From IMG/VR virus record IMGVR_UViG_3300002092_000025: 64,000 nt of DNA. One strand, 5' to 3'. Under the pieces are notes generated by a model that ran no database searches, was not told the origin of the DNA, and saw only the letters and a program-made list of their open reading frames with translations. Within the stretch, counting starts at the first letter, position 1. Each line of letters starts with the position of its first letter. Both the position numbers and the translations under genes were made by a program. The DNA comes from a virus. Shown here in pieces: positions 32,990 to 43,619 of the stretch.

Positions 32990-34059
32990 CCTAAAATTTC
33001 TCCAGTTTCATCGTCAACCAACAGAACATTATCGGGTAACTCTGCTGGTTTCTTATATATATGATCTTCCATAACCATATTTAATAATTCACCTGTCCAT
33101 TGTTTACGATATTCAATAAATTCTTTTCCTTTAGAATCAATATATTTTAATCGATTACCTTGTTGTACGATCAAACCTTTCTTTTCAAAAAGTTCAAGTA
33201 ACCCACTGTAAGGATTCATACCTGTTTCATATGGAATTTTAATCTGGAGTGTTTCGAATGGTTTAGAATAACGTGTTTTCATGATCTTACAAGCAGCACG
33301 AATACCGTTAACTTCACTAACCTTATTACCATCTTCATCTTCTTTTAGTTTAAGTTTCTTCATAGCGACTACGATTGAGCTCGCATAAACGAAACCTTGT
33401 CCGCCGCTAATCTTATCATCTGGATCAAACATGTCTTGACTCGCGTAAGTATGATTTGTACAAACCATACCAACATTATATGAACCAAACATATTAACGC
33501 AGTTACGGACCAATGCTGTTAGTGCTTTAGGCTTACGGCCCATGTCGCCTTTTAGATCGCCTGCTTCAAACTGATTAATGTCAGTTGGAGTGAGTAACAT
33601 ACCTAAACTATCAACTACAAACAGTACCTTAGGACGATCATCTGTCGCAAGTAGTTTATATTCTTTCATGAATTCATGGATAGTTCTAGCAACATCATCG
33701 ATCATTGCCATGTTCAGTTTGAGTAATTTATCTTCGCCGGTATCAACTCCGAGAGCATGGAGCCATTTCTGATCGAGAGCGTTCTCACTGTCAACAAGCA
33801 CTACAAAAATGCCCTGCTCTTGTGCGTTCTTGATGATGTTACCCGAACAGATGTAACTCTTACCTGCGCCGGACTCACCGGCAAAAACGGTCACTTTACC
33901 TAGCGGAATGCCTCTTTGGAAGTCTCCGCTGATGAGATAATTGAGAGCGTAGTTGCCTGTACCGATCCAATCGGTTGGATCATTGAAACCGACGCCTAAG
34001 CCGTCGATACTCTTAGTTAATGTTTTACGAAATTTAGTTATGTCGAATGTCTTAGCCAT
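32986..34059 (-). CDS. uvsX: RecA/UvsX recombinase
   Basis: GESGAGKS, DSENA, VVDSLG, SGG. Confidence 0.95.
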   Translation of the reverse strand: MAKTFDITKFRKTLTKSIDGLGVGFNDPTDWIGTGNYALNYLISGDFQRGIPLGKVTVFAGESGAGKSYICSGNIIKNAQEQGIFVVLVDSENALDQKWLHALGVDTGEDKLLKLNMAMIDDVARTIHEFMKEYKLLATDDRPKVLFVVDSLGMLLTPTDINQFEAGDLKGDMGRKPKALTALVRNCVNMFGSYNVGMVCTNHTYASQDMFDPDDKISGGQGFVYASSIVVAMKKLKLKEDEDGNKVSEVNGIRAACKIMKTRYSKPFETLQIKIPYETGMNPYSGLLELFEKKGLIVQQGNRLKYIDSKGKEFIEYRKQWTGELLNMVMEDHIYKKPAELPDNVLLVDDETGEILG

Positions 34060-34097
34060 TTCTGCCCCTTAAAATAATTATGGAATATTCGGTGAAT

Positions 34098-34130
34098 TTC
34101 GGGGGATTTTCATGAAAAATATCCCCCGAA
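34098..34130 (-). terminator. Stem-loop between gp32 and uvsX
   Basis: TTCGGGGGAT...ATCCCCCGAA inverted repeat. Confidence 0.65.
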
Positions 34131-34139
34131 TTATTCGAA

Positions 34140-35117
34140 TTATTTAGACTGCCTTGCACGGATCATGCTAAGGATATCATTAGCATTGCCGCTGCCTGAT
34201 GGCTTAGATTCGGTCGTTACAGCAGGTGACACTGACTTTGTAACTACAGGATCCGGATCAAACGGAATGTCATCCTCATCTGCTATAACAGCTTTTACTG
34301 CTGTTCTTGTGTTAGGATCGCCAGTTGCAGCACTCATTCCGCTCGGACGATAATATTGTCCCCAACGCTCTGAGTCAAATGCTTCACCATCAACAGATGC
34401 TTCAAACATTTCCTTAATAACCTTAAGTTCAACGTCGGTTGGCTTCTTAGGGAGGAAGTCCTTAAGGCTAAACAATCCGTTCTTATTAATTGTTTCAACA
34501 TCGCTATTGCTTAGAGCACGTTCACGACGTCCCCACTTGCTTGTGCTATAGTCAGCATATCCGCCCTTGCTAGTCTTAGCGATACGAAAATCAAGACCAT
34601 GTACATAGTCAGTTGGCAGATCTTCAATCTCAGGATCGAGCAACGCAGCACGAACGATCTGGAAAATCTGTGGACCAATAATAAGCCTACGGATGGGATT
34701 TTCTGGGGTTGCGTCTTCTTTAATAGGATCCTCAACAACAAGCCCTTGGAAAAGATAACTCTTCTTCTTCCAATACTTACGACCCATATCTTCGAGACTC
34801 TTATCCTTAAACCAAGGACGTACTTCGCTGAGGATCGGGCAAGTTTCTCCGTACATCTCTACGCACGGAACCTGTACTTGAACGCTACGGCTATCCGTTT
34901 CGCCCTTAACACCGTTGAATGGAAGTTTAATCATCGCACGTTCTACCCAGAAGAACGTGTTGTTAGTATCACCATCTGGAAGGAAGCGAACTAATGCTTC
35001 TTGGCCTTCTTTGAGATTCCAGAACGGATAAATCCCGTTATCTCCGCCGCCCGAGTTTCCTGATGATTTAGTTTCTTGCTCGCGTAATTTAGCGCGAATT
35101 TCTGCTAATGATGCCAT
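34140..35117 (-). CDS. Single-stranded DNA-binding protein (gp32-like)
   Basis: VRFLPD, CPI, YWKK, GYADYSTSKW; SSB-uvsX-uvsY-uvsW synteny. Confidence 0.88.
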   Translation of the reverse strand: MASLAEIRAKLREQETKSSGNSGGGDNGIYPFWNLKEGQEALVRFLPDGDTNNTFFWVERAMIKLPFNGVKGETDSRSVQVQVPCVEMYGETCPILSEVRPWFKDKSLEDMGRKYWKKKSYLFQGLVVEDPIKEDATPENPIRRLIIGPQIFQIVRAALLDPEIEDLPTDYVHGLDFRIAKTSKGGYADYSTSKWGRRERALSNSDVETINKNGLFSLKDFLPKKPTDVELKVIKEMFEASVDGEAFDSERWGQYYRPSGMSAATGDPNTRTAVKAVIADEDDIPFDPDPVVTKSVSPAVTTESKPSGSGNANDILSMIRARQSK

Positions 35118-35165
35118 GTTGCCTATCTCCTATATTTGCCTTGGCTTTTTCTTTTTGTGCCTAAT

Positions 35166-35213
35166 AAAAAACTGCACTATATTACTATAGCGCAGTTTTA
35201 TTTATCATGTCAA
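35166..35213 (-). terminator. Intrinsic terminator overlapping the gp32 promoters
   Basis: AAAACTGCGCTATA-GTAA-TATAGTGCAGTTTTTT; TTGACA-N18-TATAGT and TAAATA within it. Confidence 0.7.
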
Positions 35214-35234
35214 TCTTTATTTTTGTTTTTATTA

Positions 35235-37973
35235 TTAACTTACGCCTGCTAATTTTCTCATTCTCATGATGTTTTCATCAAAGGTATTTTTTAGATTTTC
35301 GATACACTCTTGTGCATGTCTACCTGCTTGATGCCCGTATTTCTTTTCTACACTTGTTATTACCCCAGTTTCGCCTCTTGGAAATTTACCTGTCTTGCTA
35401 TCGTATAGTGATTTTACAAATTCTTCAACTTCGGTATTTTGTGATGCTGGTGGATTATAAAATTGATCAGTTGCCTGTGCGTCTGAGTTTTCTTGAGGTG
35501 CTGCTGGTTCTTCTTCCGGTGGTACTGCTGGCGCTGGTGCTTGCGGGTTAGTTGGGTCTGATGCCATATCGCCCGGATTAATCTGACTTTCTAATTCTGG
35601 AGCCTTTTCTTTTATCCAATCCATTATGGTTGAGCGGGCACAAGTGTCAGCATCTTGTTGGCTAATTTCTTCAAATTTGTCATCGAGAATAGGGTCATCT
35701 ATGATTCCCCTTAGACTCTCTTTTGCATTAATTCCGTTTGTTCCTACGGGGAAATGTTCTTGCATTAGCTCATTTAATTCGCTCAGGGCCTTTTTTTGTA
35801 CGTCAACATCGTCGCTTAGTAGATCGTTGTTTTCTCCGATAACTGCACTAAGTCTTCTTTCAAATTCGTCAACATAGTCTAACGTGTTATGTGTGCGTTC
35901 TACTACTTTACTATTTTTTGATAGTAGTGTTTCTAATTCTTCAAAAGTTGTACTTTCATTTGAGAACATTGGTACTAGCTTAACTTTTAACATCATCATT
36001 CTAATTAGGTCATTAACTTCTTTTTGTTCTGACTTATCCATACGAGGATAATCGTCAGCTATACGAGATAATAATAATGATATTTTATCATCTTTTACAT
36101 GTGTTGATAAATGTTCAATTGTTAATGCATTTTTAGTAACATTATTAGTTGCCTTAGGTTCAGCAGTTCCCAGTCTTGCCTGTAGTAGGCCCAGACGTGC
36201 TTCTGCTTTTTCAATTCCATACTGTATCTTCTTTTCTTTAGGATTCTGTTCTGCTGCCTTTTTCAATTCTTTAATCTGATGATGTGTACCGTCGATTGCC
36301 TTAACAATAGAAGCCTTATCGAATGGTTCCATACGGATTTCCGATGCTGCGTCGATAGCCATCTTGAGGTCCCATGCTTCATCACGAGGACGATCTTTAT
36401 AATCAGTTACTGGCTCTTGTGCTGCATCAGAGTCGTCGTAGTCGCCGGTTGGCTTACCTTGACCTTTAGCAGGAGCACCTTTTACGAATGGTTTTGCTTC
36501 GTCAACTTCGCTAGTATGATGTTGTAGTTGTTGATGTATCGCGTTCATAAGAGGAGCGAGTAATTTCTTAACAGTTGCTCCATCCATGATTTCAGTTAAA
36601 GGCCATTCAACTTCACGCTCCAATGTCTGTGCTACACTGCGTAGAATTTCTTCTGGATTACCAAAATCACTTTCTTCCATCTGTGTACCTATATGTTCAA
36701 TTTCCTGTTCAAACTGTTGAGAAATCCATTCCATAGGATCGCCATCTCGGCCTTTTTGTATTCCATATGGCATCTCGCCCGATGCAGCATAATAGTTATA
36801 TAGAGCATCAAACAGATCATCGCTCATCTCACCACCTGCTTTGAATTCTTCTACATCATTTTGAAAGTTATTAATGATACTTTCGAGATCATTTCCGCTT
36901 TCGTACATATCAGTCGTTGACATATTATTCCCCCTAGGATCTCCGAGTTTATTACCTTGTGGACTTTCTGGATTCTTCATTCCCATAGAGGCTGTGCCAC
37001 CACCTTCGCCGATTAAATCTGTTATATACGGAAATAAATCTTTTAATTCTTCATTAAATTGATGTAAAGTAAATCTATTTTTTAGATCCTCTAACATCTC
37101 ATCATCGACATCTTTTTTCTCAAACGCAATAAAGTTTTCTTTAACTGCTTCGTATCCGCGTTGCTTCTGTATACTCTCCAGTGTCTTTTTTAGATTAATG
37201 CTTTTATGTTTTGCAGCTTCAGCGATTCCAATAACATCTGTATTTTCTAAAAATGCAGAACGATTAACTAAATGATTAAAGCGACGTAGGTTATAAATGT
37301 TTTCACTAAGTCCAACGATGTATTGTCCAAAATCATCATATGGACTACCACTGTTAGATACGTGTCTCTGCATAGCACGAGCACCTGCTAGATGTATAAA
37401 AGGATAACGGAATCTTTCACCGTTCTCACCTTCGATGAACATCGCATCGATATTTCTAGTCCTGCTATTAGGACTTTCCTCATCGATTTTCTTTGAGTGT
37501 CTAATGATTAATTTTGTATTTTCGAGTTTTTGATAACTTGATCTCGTTGATCCATATAGTGATGATTCGCTCATAGGAAGGTCCTTAAATTTATCTTTCG
37601 CATCAGCCGCAAAATTTTGATAATCTCTTTTTTGTATTTTTCCTTTTACAGGATCCATTGGTTCAAAATTTAATAATCTAGCTTTGGCAAAATTACGCAT
37701 ATTCCTCAAGAATCTAAACCAAACATTCTTGATTCCGTCTTCTTGGCTGTCTAATGCATCTTCGGTTCTGATTAATTTTAATGTTTTACCATCGGCTATA
37801 CTGATAGTTATTGATGCTATCTTTTGATCATCAACTATAAATGGAAAATCAAAGAATACTGCATTCTCTAATTTCCCGCCTTGTATATTATTTTTGTCGC
37901 TAAAAGTTACCTCAGGAAATTGATTCTTGAGTCTTAAGTAAAGGGCATTGCTGATCGAACTGTTGCTAGACAT
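35235..37973 (-). CDS. Large acidic virion/prohead-core-like protein
   Basis: 912 aa; late TAAATA promoter; many xxE[S/A/G] motifs; C-terminal RMRKLAG. Confidence 0.7.
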   Translation of the reverse strand: MSSNSSISNALYLRLKNQFPEVTFSDKNNIQGGKLENAVFFDFPFIVDDQKIASITISIADGKTLKLIRTEDALDSQEDGIKNVWFRFLRNMRNFAKARLLNFEPMDPVKGKIQKRDYQNFAADAKDKFKDLPMSESSLYGSTRSSYQKLENTKLIIRHSKKIDEESPNSRTRNIDAMFIEGENGERFRYPFIHLAGARAMQRHVSNSGSPYDDFGQYIVGLSENIYNLRRFNHLVNRSAFLENTDVIGIAEAAKHKSINLKKTLESIQKQRGYEAVKENFIAFEKKDVDDEMLEDLKNRFTLHQFNEELKDLFPYITDLIGEGGGTASMGMKNPESPQGNKLGDPRGNNMSTTDMYESGNDLESIINNFQNDVEEFKAGGEMSDDLFDALYNYYAASGEMPYGIQKGRDGDPMEWISQQFEQEIEHIGTQMEESDFGNPEEILRSVAQTLEREVEWPLTEIMDGATVKKLLAPLMNAIHQQLQHHTSEVDEAKPFVKGAPAKGQGKPTGDYDDSDAAQEPVTDYKDRPRDEAWDLKMAIDAASEIRMEPFDKASIVKAIDGTHHQIKELKKAAEQNPKEKKIQYGIEKAEARLGLLQARLGTAEPKATNNVTKNALTIEHLSTHVKDDKISLLLSRIADDYPRMDKSEQKEVNDLIRMMMLKVKLVPMFSNESTTFEELETLLSKNSKVVERTHNTLDYVDEFERRLSAVIGENNDLLSDDVDVQKKALSELNELMQEHFPVGTNGINAKESLRGIIDDPILDDKFEEISQQDADTCARSTIMDWIKEKAPELESQINPGDMASDPTNPQAPAPAVPPEEEPAAPQENSDAQATDQFYNPPASQNTEVEEFVKSLYDSKTGKFPRGETGVITSVEKKYGHQAGRHAQECIENLKNTFDENIMRMRKLAGVS

Positions 37974-37988
37974 AACTGATTATTTATC

Positions 37989-39557
37989 CTATAAGTAGCT
38001 GGTTATGAAGATCGGCATTGGTAGACTTTCTTCTTCTAACCTCTCCGTCATCGTTTCATAAATGTTTGGATCCCAGTCTGCTAACACTGCTGCCATGCGG
38101 CAGATTAATAAAGATGCCGAGACTAGATCGTCGCTCTCTTCATTTTTACCTTTAAATCCTACACCACTAGCAACATAAGTTTTTAATTCTGATACTAACG
38201 GTTTACTATTAATCGTCATCTTTTTTGATTCAATTAACGATTTTAATTTAACACAGGCAGTCATTTTAACGCGATGTGATGTATTAAATCCTTTGCGGAA
38301 TTTCCTAACGTGTCCTTTACGTATTGGCTCGCTTAGGAACAACCCGGGAATGTTTTCTTCACCAATATCTTTAACTGTAACGAGTGCTGCTTCACCTATA
38401 GTATTATTTTCAATTGACCAATAGGTCATAGGATCGCCGTAACTTTTAATATGATTTGTTATTTCTTTTAATATTCTTATCTGTTGATTAACTGGGGTAG
38501 TATTATGATGCCATTCTGCTACTTGATCAAAACTTGGTAATTCAAATATCTGTATAGCAGCATTATCGCCTCCTGTGCCGAGGCTTGGATCGAGAGCAAC
38601 TAGATAAGTTGATTTAGGATTTATCTTTTTATACCAACGCACTTGACCCATTCGTTCGATTGGTTCTACACCTTTTAGTTCTGATAGTGTAATGCTGTTA
38701 ATAAGAGTTTCGTCGTAGACTAAGAATTCACATCCGTACTCACGACGGAAACGTTCTTCGCCAATACGACCCATTTCCTGTTGCATCCATGCATCGTCTC
38801 TGTCTGGGTGCTCGTGCCATTCGGCTCTAAAAGGAAAGAATCCGTTCTTTCCTGTTTCTTGATCATTTCCGTATTCGTCGAATTTCTGATTAGCTTCCGA
38901 CCAGATTAAAGCGAATGTATCTTCGTCGCTATTGGGTGTACTTGTAATAATAGCACGACCGCCTGTTGCTAGTGTAGGTGATATTGAAGTCCAGAACTCT
39001 GTTGCTATCTCTGGAGGAACGAACGCAAACTCATCGCAATATAATAATGAAATACTCATACCACGTCCGGTATTTCCAGTAGTTGTTGTTGAAACAATAC
39101 GACTACCATTATCAAATTCTATGCTGCCTTTATTATAACTTGTTACTCCGCAACGTATATGATCAGGGCATAATTCATAAGCATATCGTACACGCTGCAT
39201 GATTTCTTGCGAACCTGTAAATTTGTGTGCTGCAATCAATACAGTTGAATCAGGATTAAACATTGTATACCATAGCAAATATCCAGCAGCACAAGTAGTT
39301 TTACCGCTCTGACGAGGAAGCATATTCACGTTAAATCGATGATCGTGATAACTTGCTACTAATCTATTCTGATAATCAAAAGGATCAAATTTTAACTTTC
39401 CCTTTACGGGATGCTGTATATAAAAGAAATTACTCATAAAAAAATAAGGGCCTGTTATTGGATCTAAACAGGCACTTATTTCCTCGATCTGTCGCTCAGT
39501 GTATCTTTCTTTTTTATTCGCCTTTTTAACAAGGACGCCTTCTAGGGATCTACTCAT
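37989..39557 (-). CDS. terL: Terminase large subunit (gp17-like)
   Basis: PRQSGKT, YCDEFAF, ITSTPN, FRREY, ALDP, DDLV. Confidence 0.96.
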   Translation of the reverse strand: MSRSLEGVLVKKANKKERYTERQIEEISACLDPITGPYFFMSNFFYIQHPVKGKLKFDPFDYQNRLVASYHDHRFNVNMLPRQSGKTTCAAGYLLWYTMFNPDSTVLIAAHKFTGSQEIMQRVRYAYELCPDHIRCGVTSYNKGSIEFDNGSRIVSTTTTGNTGRGMSISLLYCDEFAFVPPEIATEFWTSISPTLATGGRAIITSTPNSDEDTFALIWSEANQKFDEYGNDQETGKNGFFPFRAEWHEHPDRDDAWMQQEMGRIGEERFRREYGCEFLVYDETLINSITLSELKGVEPIERMGQVRWYKKINPKSTYLVALDPSLGTGGDNAAIQIFELPSFDQVAEWHHNTTPVNQQIRILKEITNHIKSYGDPMTYWSIENNTIGEAALVTVKDIGEENIPGLFLSEPIRKGHVRKFRKGFNTSHRVKMTACVKLKSLIESKKMTINSKPLVSELKTYVASGVGFKGKNEESDDLVSASLLICRMAAVLADWDPNIYETMTERLEEESLPMPIFITSYL

Positions 39558-39572
39558 GGTAGATATTTATAA

Positions 39573-40067
39573 TCACTTAACCTTGATGCCTTGATATTCA
39601 TGCATCAATTTTGCAGAAAGATTTTCAGCTAGTGAATTATTTCCCATAGGTTGTCCAGGTCTAACAGCCTGCTTATGTGGCTTATTCATCCCACCTGCAG
39701 TCTTCATTGTGACGTCGTCAATGCTACCTGGATTGTCAGCAACTTCGTGATCTAACTCAGTGCTTGCACTAGTATAGCCACCTGACATTTCTTCACCAAC
39801 ATCGTCGACAAACTTCTTCGCTGCTTGATCAGCATAACCGCCAACGCTTTGTATTGACTTAACCATAGGCATGTTTGAACCCATTGCGGGCATCATATCT
39901 GGAGTAACTGGTTTCATTCCTGATAGCTGTACTATTTTACTTAACATATCAGTAACATCACAAGCAGTTTCACCTGTTGCATTAATGCTTAAAGAAACTG
40001 CTTCGTTAATTGCGACTGGTTTCTCTACTTTGTCTACTATCTTTAATAAGTTTAACATGTCTGACAT
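39573..40067 (-). CDS. Hypothetical head-associated protein
   Basis: ORF in morphogenesis block; INEA motif. Confidence 0.7.
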   Translation of the reverse strand: MSDMLNLLKIVDKVEKPVAINEAVSLSINATGETACDVTDMLSKIVQLSGMKPVTPDMMPAMGSNMPMVKSIQSVGGYADQAAKKFVDDVGEEMSGGYTSASTELDHEVADNPGSIDDVTMKTAGGMNKPHKQAVRPGQPMGNNSLAENLSAKLMHEYQGIKVK

Positions 40068-40071
40068 TGTG

Positions 40072-40533
40072 TCAATCCTTCTTTGAAAGTTCTTTTAATA
40101 AATTAAGAACACGCTTTTCGCCAACCATGTCCTGAGATTTTGTTTTATCATCTTCGTAATCTGAAGTTAGCTTAGTTGCATACTTCTCTTCTTTAGTATC
40201 TTGATACTGTTCGCTTGGCTCATTAGGTGAACGCACTACAATATTAGACCTAGCTATGCCTGTTTTCTCTACGATATAACTTGCTAATATTGGAGAAATT
40301 TCAGGATAGTCTAAACAAATTTCAAAAATATGTACCTCAGAGCATTCGCAGTTTGGAAAATCTAAAGGTACTTTTTGTATAGGTGTTTTTGATGATGTCA
40401 TGCTAGAAACACTGTATTTTTCCAGAGCAGTCTTGAGAGTTGATTCAAATTTCGCTGGAAGGTCACCTGCGATTTTTACCTTAAAATCGTATGTTTTTTT
40501 ACCTTCAATTAAATAATCTTTAAATCTTTTCAT
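40072..40533 (-). CDS. Conserved protein with capsid-targeting-like N-terminus
   Basis: MKRFKDYLIEG; TAAATA upstream. Confidence 0.75.
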   Translation of the reverse strand: MKRFKDYLIEGKKTYDFKVKIAGDLPAKFESTLKTALEKYSVSSMTSSKTPIQKVPLDFPNCECSEVHIFEICLDYPEISPILASYIVEKTGIARSNIVVRSPNEPSEQYQDTKEEKYATKLTSDYEDDKTKSQDMVGEKRVLNLLKELSKKD

Positions 40534-40550
40534 GGTTTTATTCCCTTGAA

Positions 40551-41051
40551 TTATTTATCTATCTTTTTTAGTTTTTCTAACAGGCTATTACGATCAGATA
40601 TAACATAGTCAGTTGCATCCAGCACATGATCATCATCATTTTTACCTCGGGCGTCTTGATCAATTTTTAATTTCTTTAATTGTAGGTCGACGATTTTCAA
40701 TTTTTTGTCTATCTTTGCTGCTTTTGCATCAACGGCATTCTTAAGCATATTGGCTGCAACTTCAAATAGTTTACTGCTATATCTAGCTTCAACGTTCATT
40801 CCTAAGTCCATTAAATCTTCGTAGGCCTTAGTTGCTTTGTCTGCAAGCTCATCAAATTCTCTGTCGCTAGTTGTACCTAGTCCTTCAACCATTGGTAAGG
40901 AAAATGCTATTTTATCAAAGTCTTTAAGAGTTCTTTCCATTTCTTCTTGCGAAGTTAGGGCTTTGGTTTGAGTCTTAATCTCTTTTTCAAGTTCTTTGAC
41001 TGTTTCTTTATGTTCGGGTAAATTTAAAAGTTCTTCTAATTTTTTAGTCAT
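40551..41051 (-). CDS. Putative terminase small subunit
   Basis: Helical; LFEVAANMLKN...IDKKLK resembles the gp16 core; near terL. Confidence 0.5.
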   Translation of the reverse strand: MTKKLEELLNLPEHKETVKELEKEIKTQTKALTSQEEMERTLKDFDKIAFSLPMVEGLGTTSDREFDELADKATKAYEDLMDLGMNVEARYSSKLFEVAANMLKNAVDAKAAKIDKKLKIVDLQLKKLKIDQDARGKNDDDHVLDATDYVISDRNSLLEKLKKIDK

Positions 41052-41065
41052 AATCTTACTTATTA

Positions 41066-41500
41066 TTATCTACGTCCGTTGTGGAATAAATCATTTTCGT
41101 TAACTACACGAAATATCATACCCTTCTGTTTGCACCAAGCTCGTGCTGCTTCCCATTTGGCCATATTCTTAACATACTGATATTGATTTACTAAACTTTT
41201 TCCAACTTTTTCTAATAACTGTTGATTTGAAGGTTTAATTTCAACTATCTCAGCATGTTTCTTTCCGTTCTTATCTGTATATTCTATAAAAAAATCTGGA
41301 ACATAAATCGTTGATTTACCTGTAGTCGGGTCACGATATGGTATCTTTATCGCTTCACTTGCCCAACGTTCAATAGAAGAATGTTCATCACATGTTTTCA
41401 TAAAAGCAAATTCCCACCCAGATCGATATATTGGAGATTTGTTGCCAACATACTTACTTGGATTTTTTAGAGGAAATGCTCCTTGTGCAAACCTTCCCAT
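41066..41500 (-). CDS. Head completion nuclease (gp4/TnsA-like)
   Basis: YRSGWE, WASE, YVPDF, VEIKP, KWEAA. Confidence 0.9.
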   Translation of the reverse strand: MGRFAQGAFPLKNPSKYVGNKSPIYRSGWEFAFMKTCDEHSSIERWASEAIKIPYRDPTTGKSTIYVPDFFIEYTDKNGKKHAEIVEIKPSNQQLLEKVGKSLVNQYQYVKNMAKWEAARAWCKQKGMIFRVVNENDLFHNGRR

Positions 41501-41874
41501 TAAATTAAAATATTCCTTAATTCATATTGATTTAATCCGGAATTATCTACTTTATATCCGAGTGTGCTAATTCTTAATCTATTATAATTTAATATTTCAG
41601 TTACTATCATGTTCATCTGGGGTTCATTGAGACCTTTTAATGTATCTACGAGTTTATTAACATTTACATTTTCTATTTTTGCTTGTGTTAATAATGTAGC
41701 TCCGATTGTTTCGGCAGCAGTTTGATCGAACTTTTTTGATAGAAAAAATCCAACAACTGAATCAACGTCGCCTGCTGACAGTGCTATACCTTTTTGATAA
41801 TATGAATTAAAAAATGTCTTCAGTCTTGTTGCGCTGTCTGAAGACGTTGTGTTTATAGGTAGATTATTTTGCAT
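41500..41874 (-). CDS. Conserved hypothetical protein
   Basis: Coupled ORF. Confidence 0.8.
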   Translation of the reverse strand: MQNNLPINTTSSDSATRLKTFFNSYYQKGIALSAGDVDSVVGFFLSKKFDQTAAETIGATLLTQAKIENVNVNKLVDTLKGLNEPQMNMIVTEILNYNRLRISTLGYKVDNSGLNQYELRNILI

Positions 41875-43619
41875 TATACGAATCCTGTTCCTTCATAACC
41901 AGATACTACATCTCCCTGATATTGGGCTGCCGGCGGTTCTCCGTAACTGGATATTGATCCACCGCCTTGATCATACGCTGCTGCATCTGTTTGTGTTTGT
42001 GCTGCAAATCCCGTATTGTCTCCGTACGGATCGCTAACATTAGCCAATTGAGAATCAACTGCTGCTTGATCAACTTGTGACAAATCACCACTAACGGTTT
42101 CACCTGGTAATCTATCAGCACGACTTCCAGCCTCACCACCTGCAAATTGCCCTGACTCAACCATTGATGCGTTTGATCGTTGCAAGTCGGCTGCATCCGA
42201 AGCTGCTTCTGATCTTCTTCCATAACTAGGTGCCGGTGGACCATATGCATCATTAACCGGTACACCGCGCTCTGCTGCTCTACCTGATGCTAAGTCTGTA
42301 GTGTTAGCAGTAGCACTACCAGTTGCTGCACCAGCTTCTCTATCTGGATTTGTTGCGCTATTTGGATTAGTAGTTCCACTAGCACTTCCTGGTTGATTAG
42401 GTTGAGATGCTCCATTTGCTGTTGCTGCTGCTGCTTGTCCTGATGGATTATCAGGTGTTGATACTCCGTATTTTGATGCATTATTCATATCTACTCTTTG
42501 TCCACTTGGAGAGAAAACATTTTTAAGTACATTACCTACGACATTTCCAGCGATTCCGATTCCCGCTGCTGTTAATAGAGTATTAGTTGATATTCCGGTT
42601 CCGCTAGTTCGTCCAAAACCATAATTTTGTAATCCACCTACCGAATAAGGACTCATTCCTGTTGATCCATAGAAGCTCGGTGTTCCGTATCCAAACGATT
42701 GTTGATTACCCGTATTAAGATAGGGACTTGCCATCTTACCTAGATTAGCAAGATAACTCAATGGTGATGCAAAACTGTTTAGAGAAAATACATCGCCGAA
42801 TATTCCTGACATTCCGTGCTGTAAAACTTCTTCGTTAACGATTGGACTTGGTGTTTGATCATAATGTAATAATGCGAATCCTGCAGGATCGTCAACATCG
42901 ATAGATCCGGAATTATAGATAACAGCCTCATATGCTAATGTCATTCTATTTTCAACGATACCGCCACCTTCGGATTGATTCATAGTATCGTGATCCCATT
43001 TTGTTATCTTTGGATTACATAATAGGTAGCTAAAGAATCTCTGTCTCGATAATGTGAATAGTTGTATACTATTGAAGAAAGGTTGTTCTGCACCAGTTAC
43101 ACCTTCCATGCCACTGACATCTAATCCGTAACGAAAAGGACCCTTACTTTTATATGTACTTTTCTGATATGCTGCGGGATTAACATCCGAATACGGATCC
43201 GATGAGTTGTGGCTATCATTAAAGTAATAACCATAATATAACGACCACAACATATTTGTTATCCCGTTATTATCGTCGTGTAGTGATAAACTAATTGGGT
43301 CGTATGTTATCTTAGTATAGATATTTGTTTTTCGATTATATTGATTTAATGTTTCTGTATTAATCGTATATTTTGGTAGATCGGTACTTTTAACTAGATA
43401 ATTTAATTCTAAAGCATGTCTATCTTGGAAACTAGCATTTGTTAGTGCTTCTGAATTAATATTAAAAACTACGTAATATAAAAATTTATTTTTAGGAGCT
43501 AGACGGAATGTATCGTCAACATACAATCTTGATGCATGTTGATAATCGCCGAGGTTTCCTTTGGGGTCAAGGAACCCGCTTAATATATCACCTAAAAATT
43601 TATTAAACTTATTGGCCAT
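41874..43619 (-). CDS. Tail-tube-fold baseplate protein (gp19/gp54-like) with low-complexity C-terminus
   Basis: VKSTDLPK, NQYNRK, YDPI..HDD; adjacent to the tube gene; TATAAATA promoter. Confidence 0.65.
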   Translation of the reverse strand: MANKFNKFLGDILSGFLDPKGNLGDYQHASRLYVDDTFRLAPKNKFLYYVVFNINSEALTNASFQDRHALELNYLVKSTDLPKYTINTETLNQYNRKTNIYTKITYDPISLSLHDDNNGITNMLWSLYYGYYFNDSHNSSDPYSDVNPAAYQKSTYKSKGPFRYGLDVSGMEGVTGAEQPFFNSIQLFTLSRQRFFSYLLCNPKITKWDHDTMNQSEGGGIVENRMTLAYEAVIYNSGSIDVDDPAGFALLHYDQTPSPIVNEEVLQHGMSGIFGDVFSLNSFASPLSYLANLGKMASPYLNTGNQQSFGYGTPSFYGSTGMSPYSVGGLQNYGFGRTSGTGISTNTLLTAAGIGIAGNVVGNVLKNVFSPSGQRVDMNNASKYGVSTPDNPSGQAAAATANGASQPNQPGSASGTTNPNSATNPDREAGAATGSATANTTDLASGRAAERGVPVNDAYGPPAPSYGRRSEAASDAADLQRSNASMVESGQFAGGEAGSRADRLPGETVSGDLSQVDQAAVDSQLANVSDPYGDNTGFAAQTQTDAAAYDQGGGSISSYGEPPAAQYQGDVVSGYEGTGFV

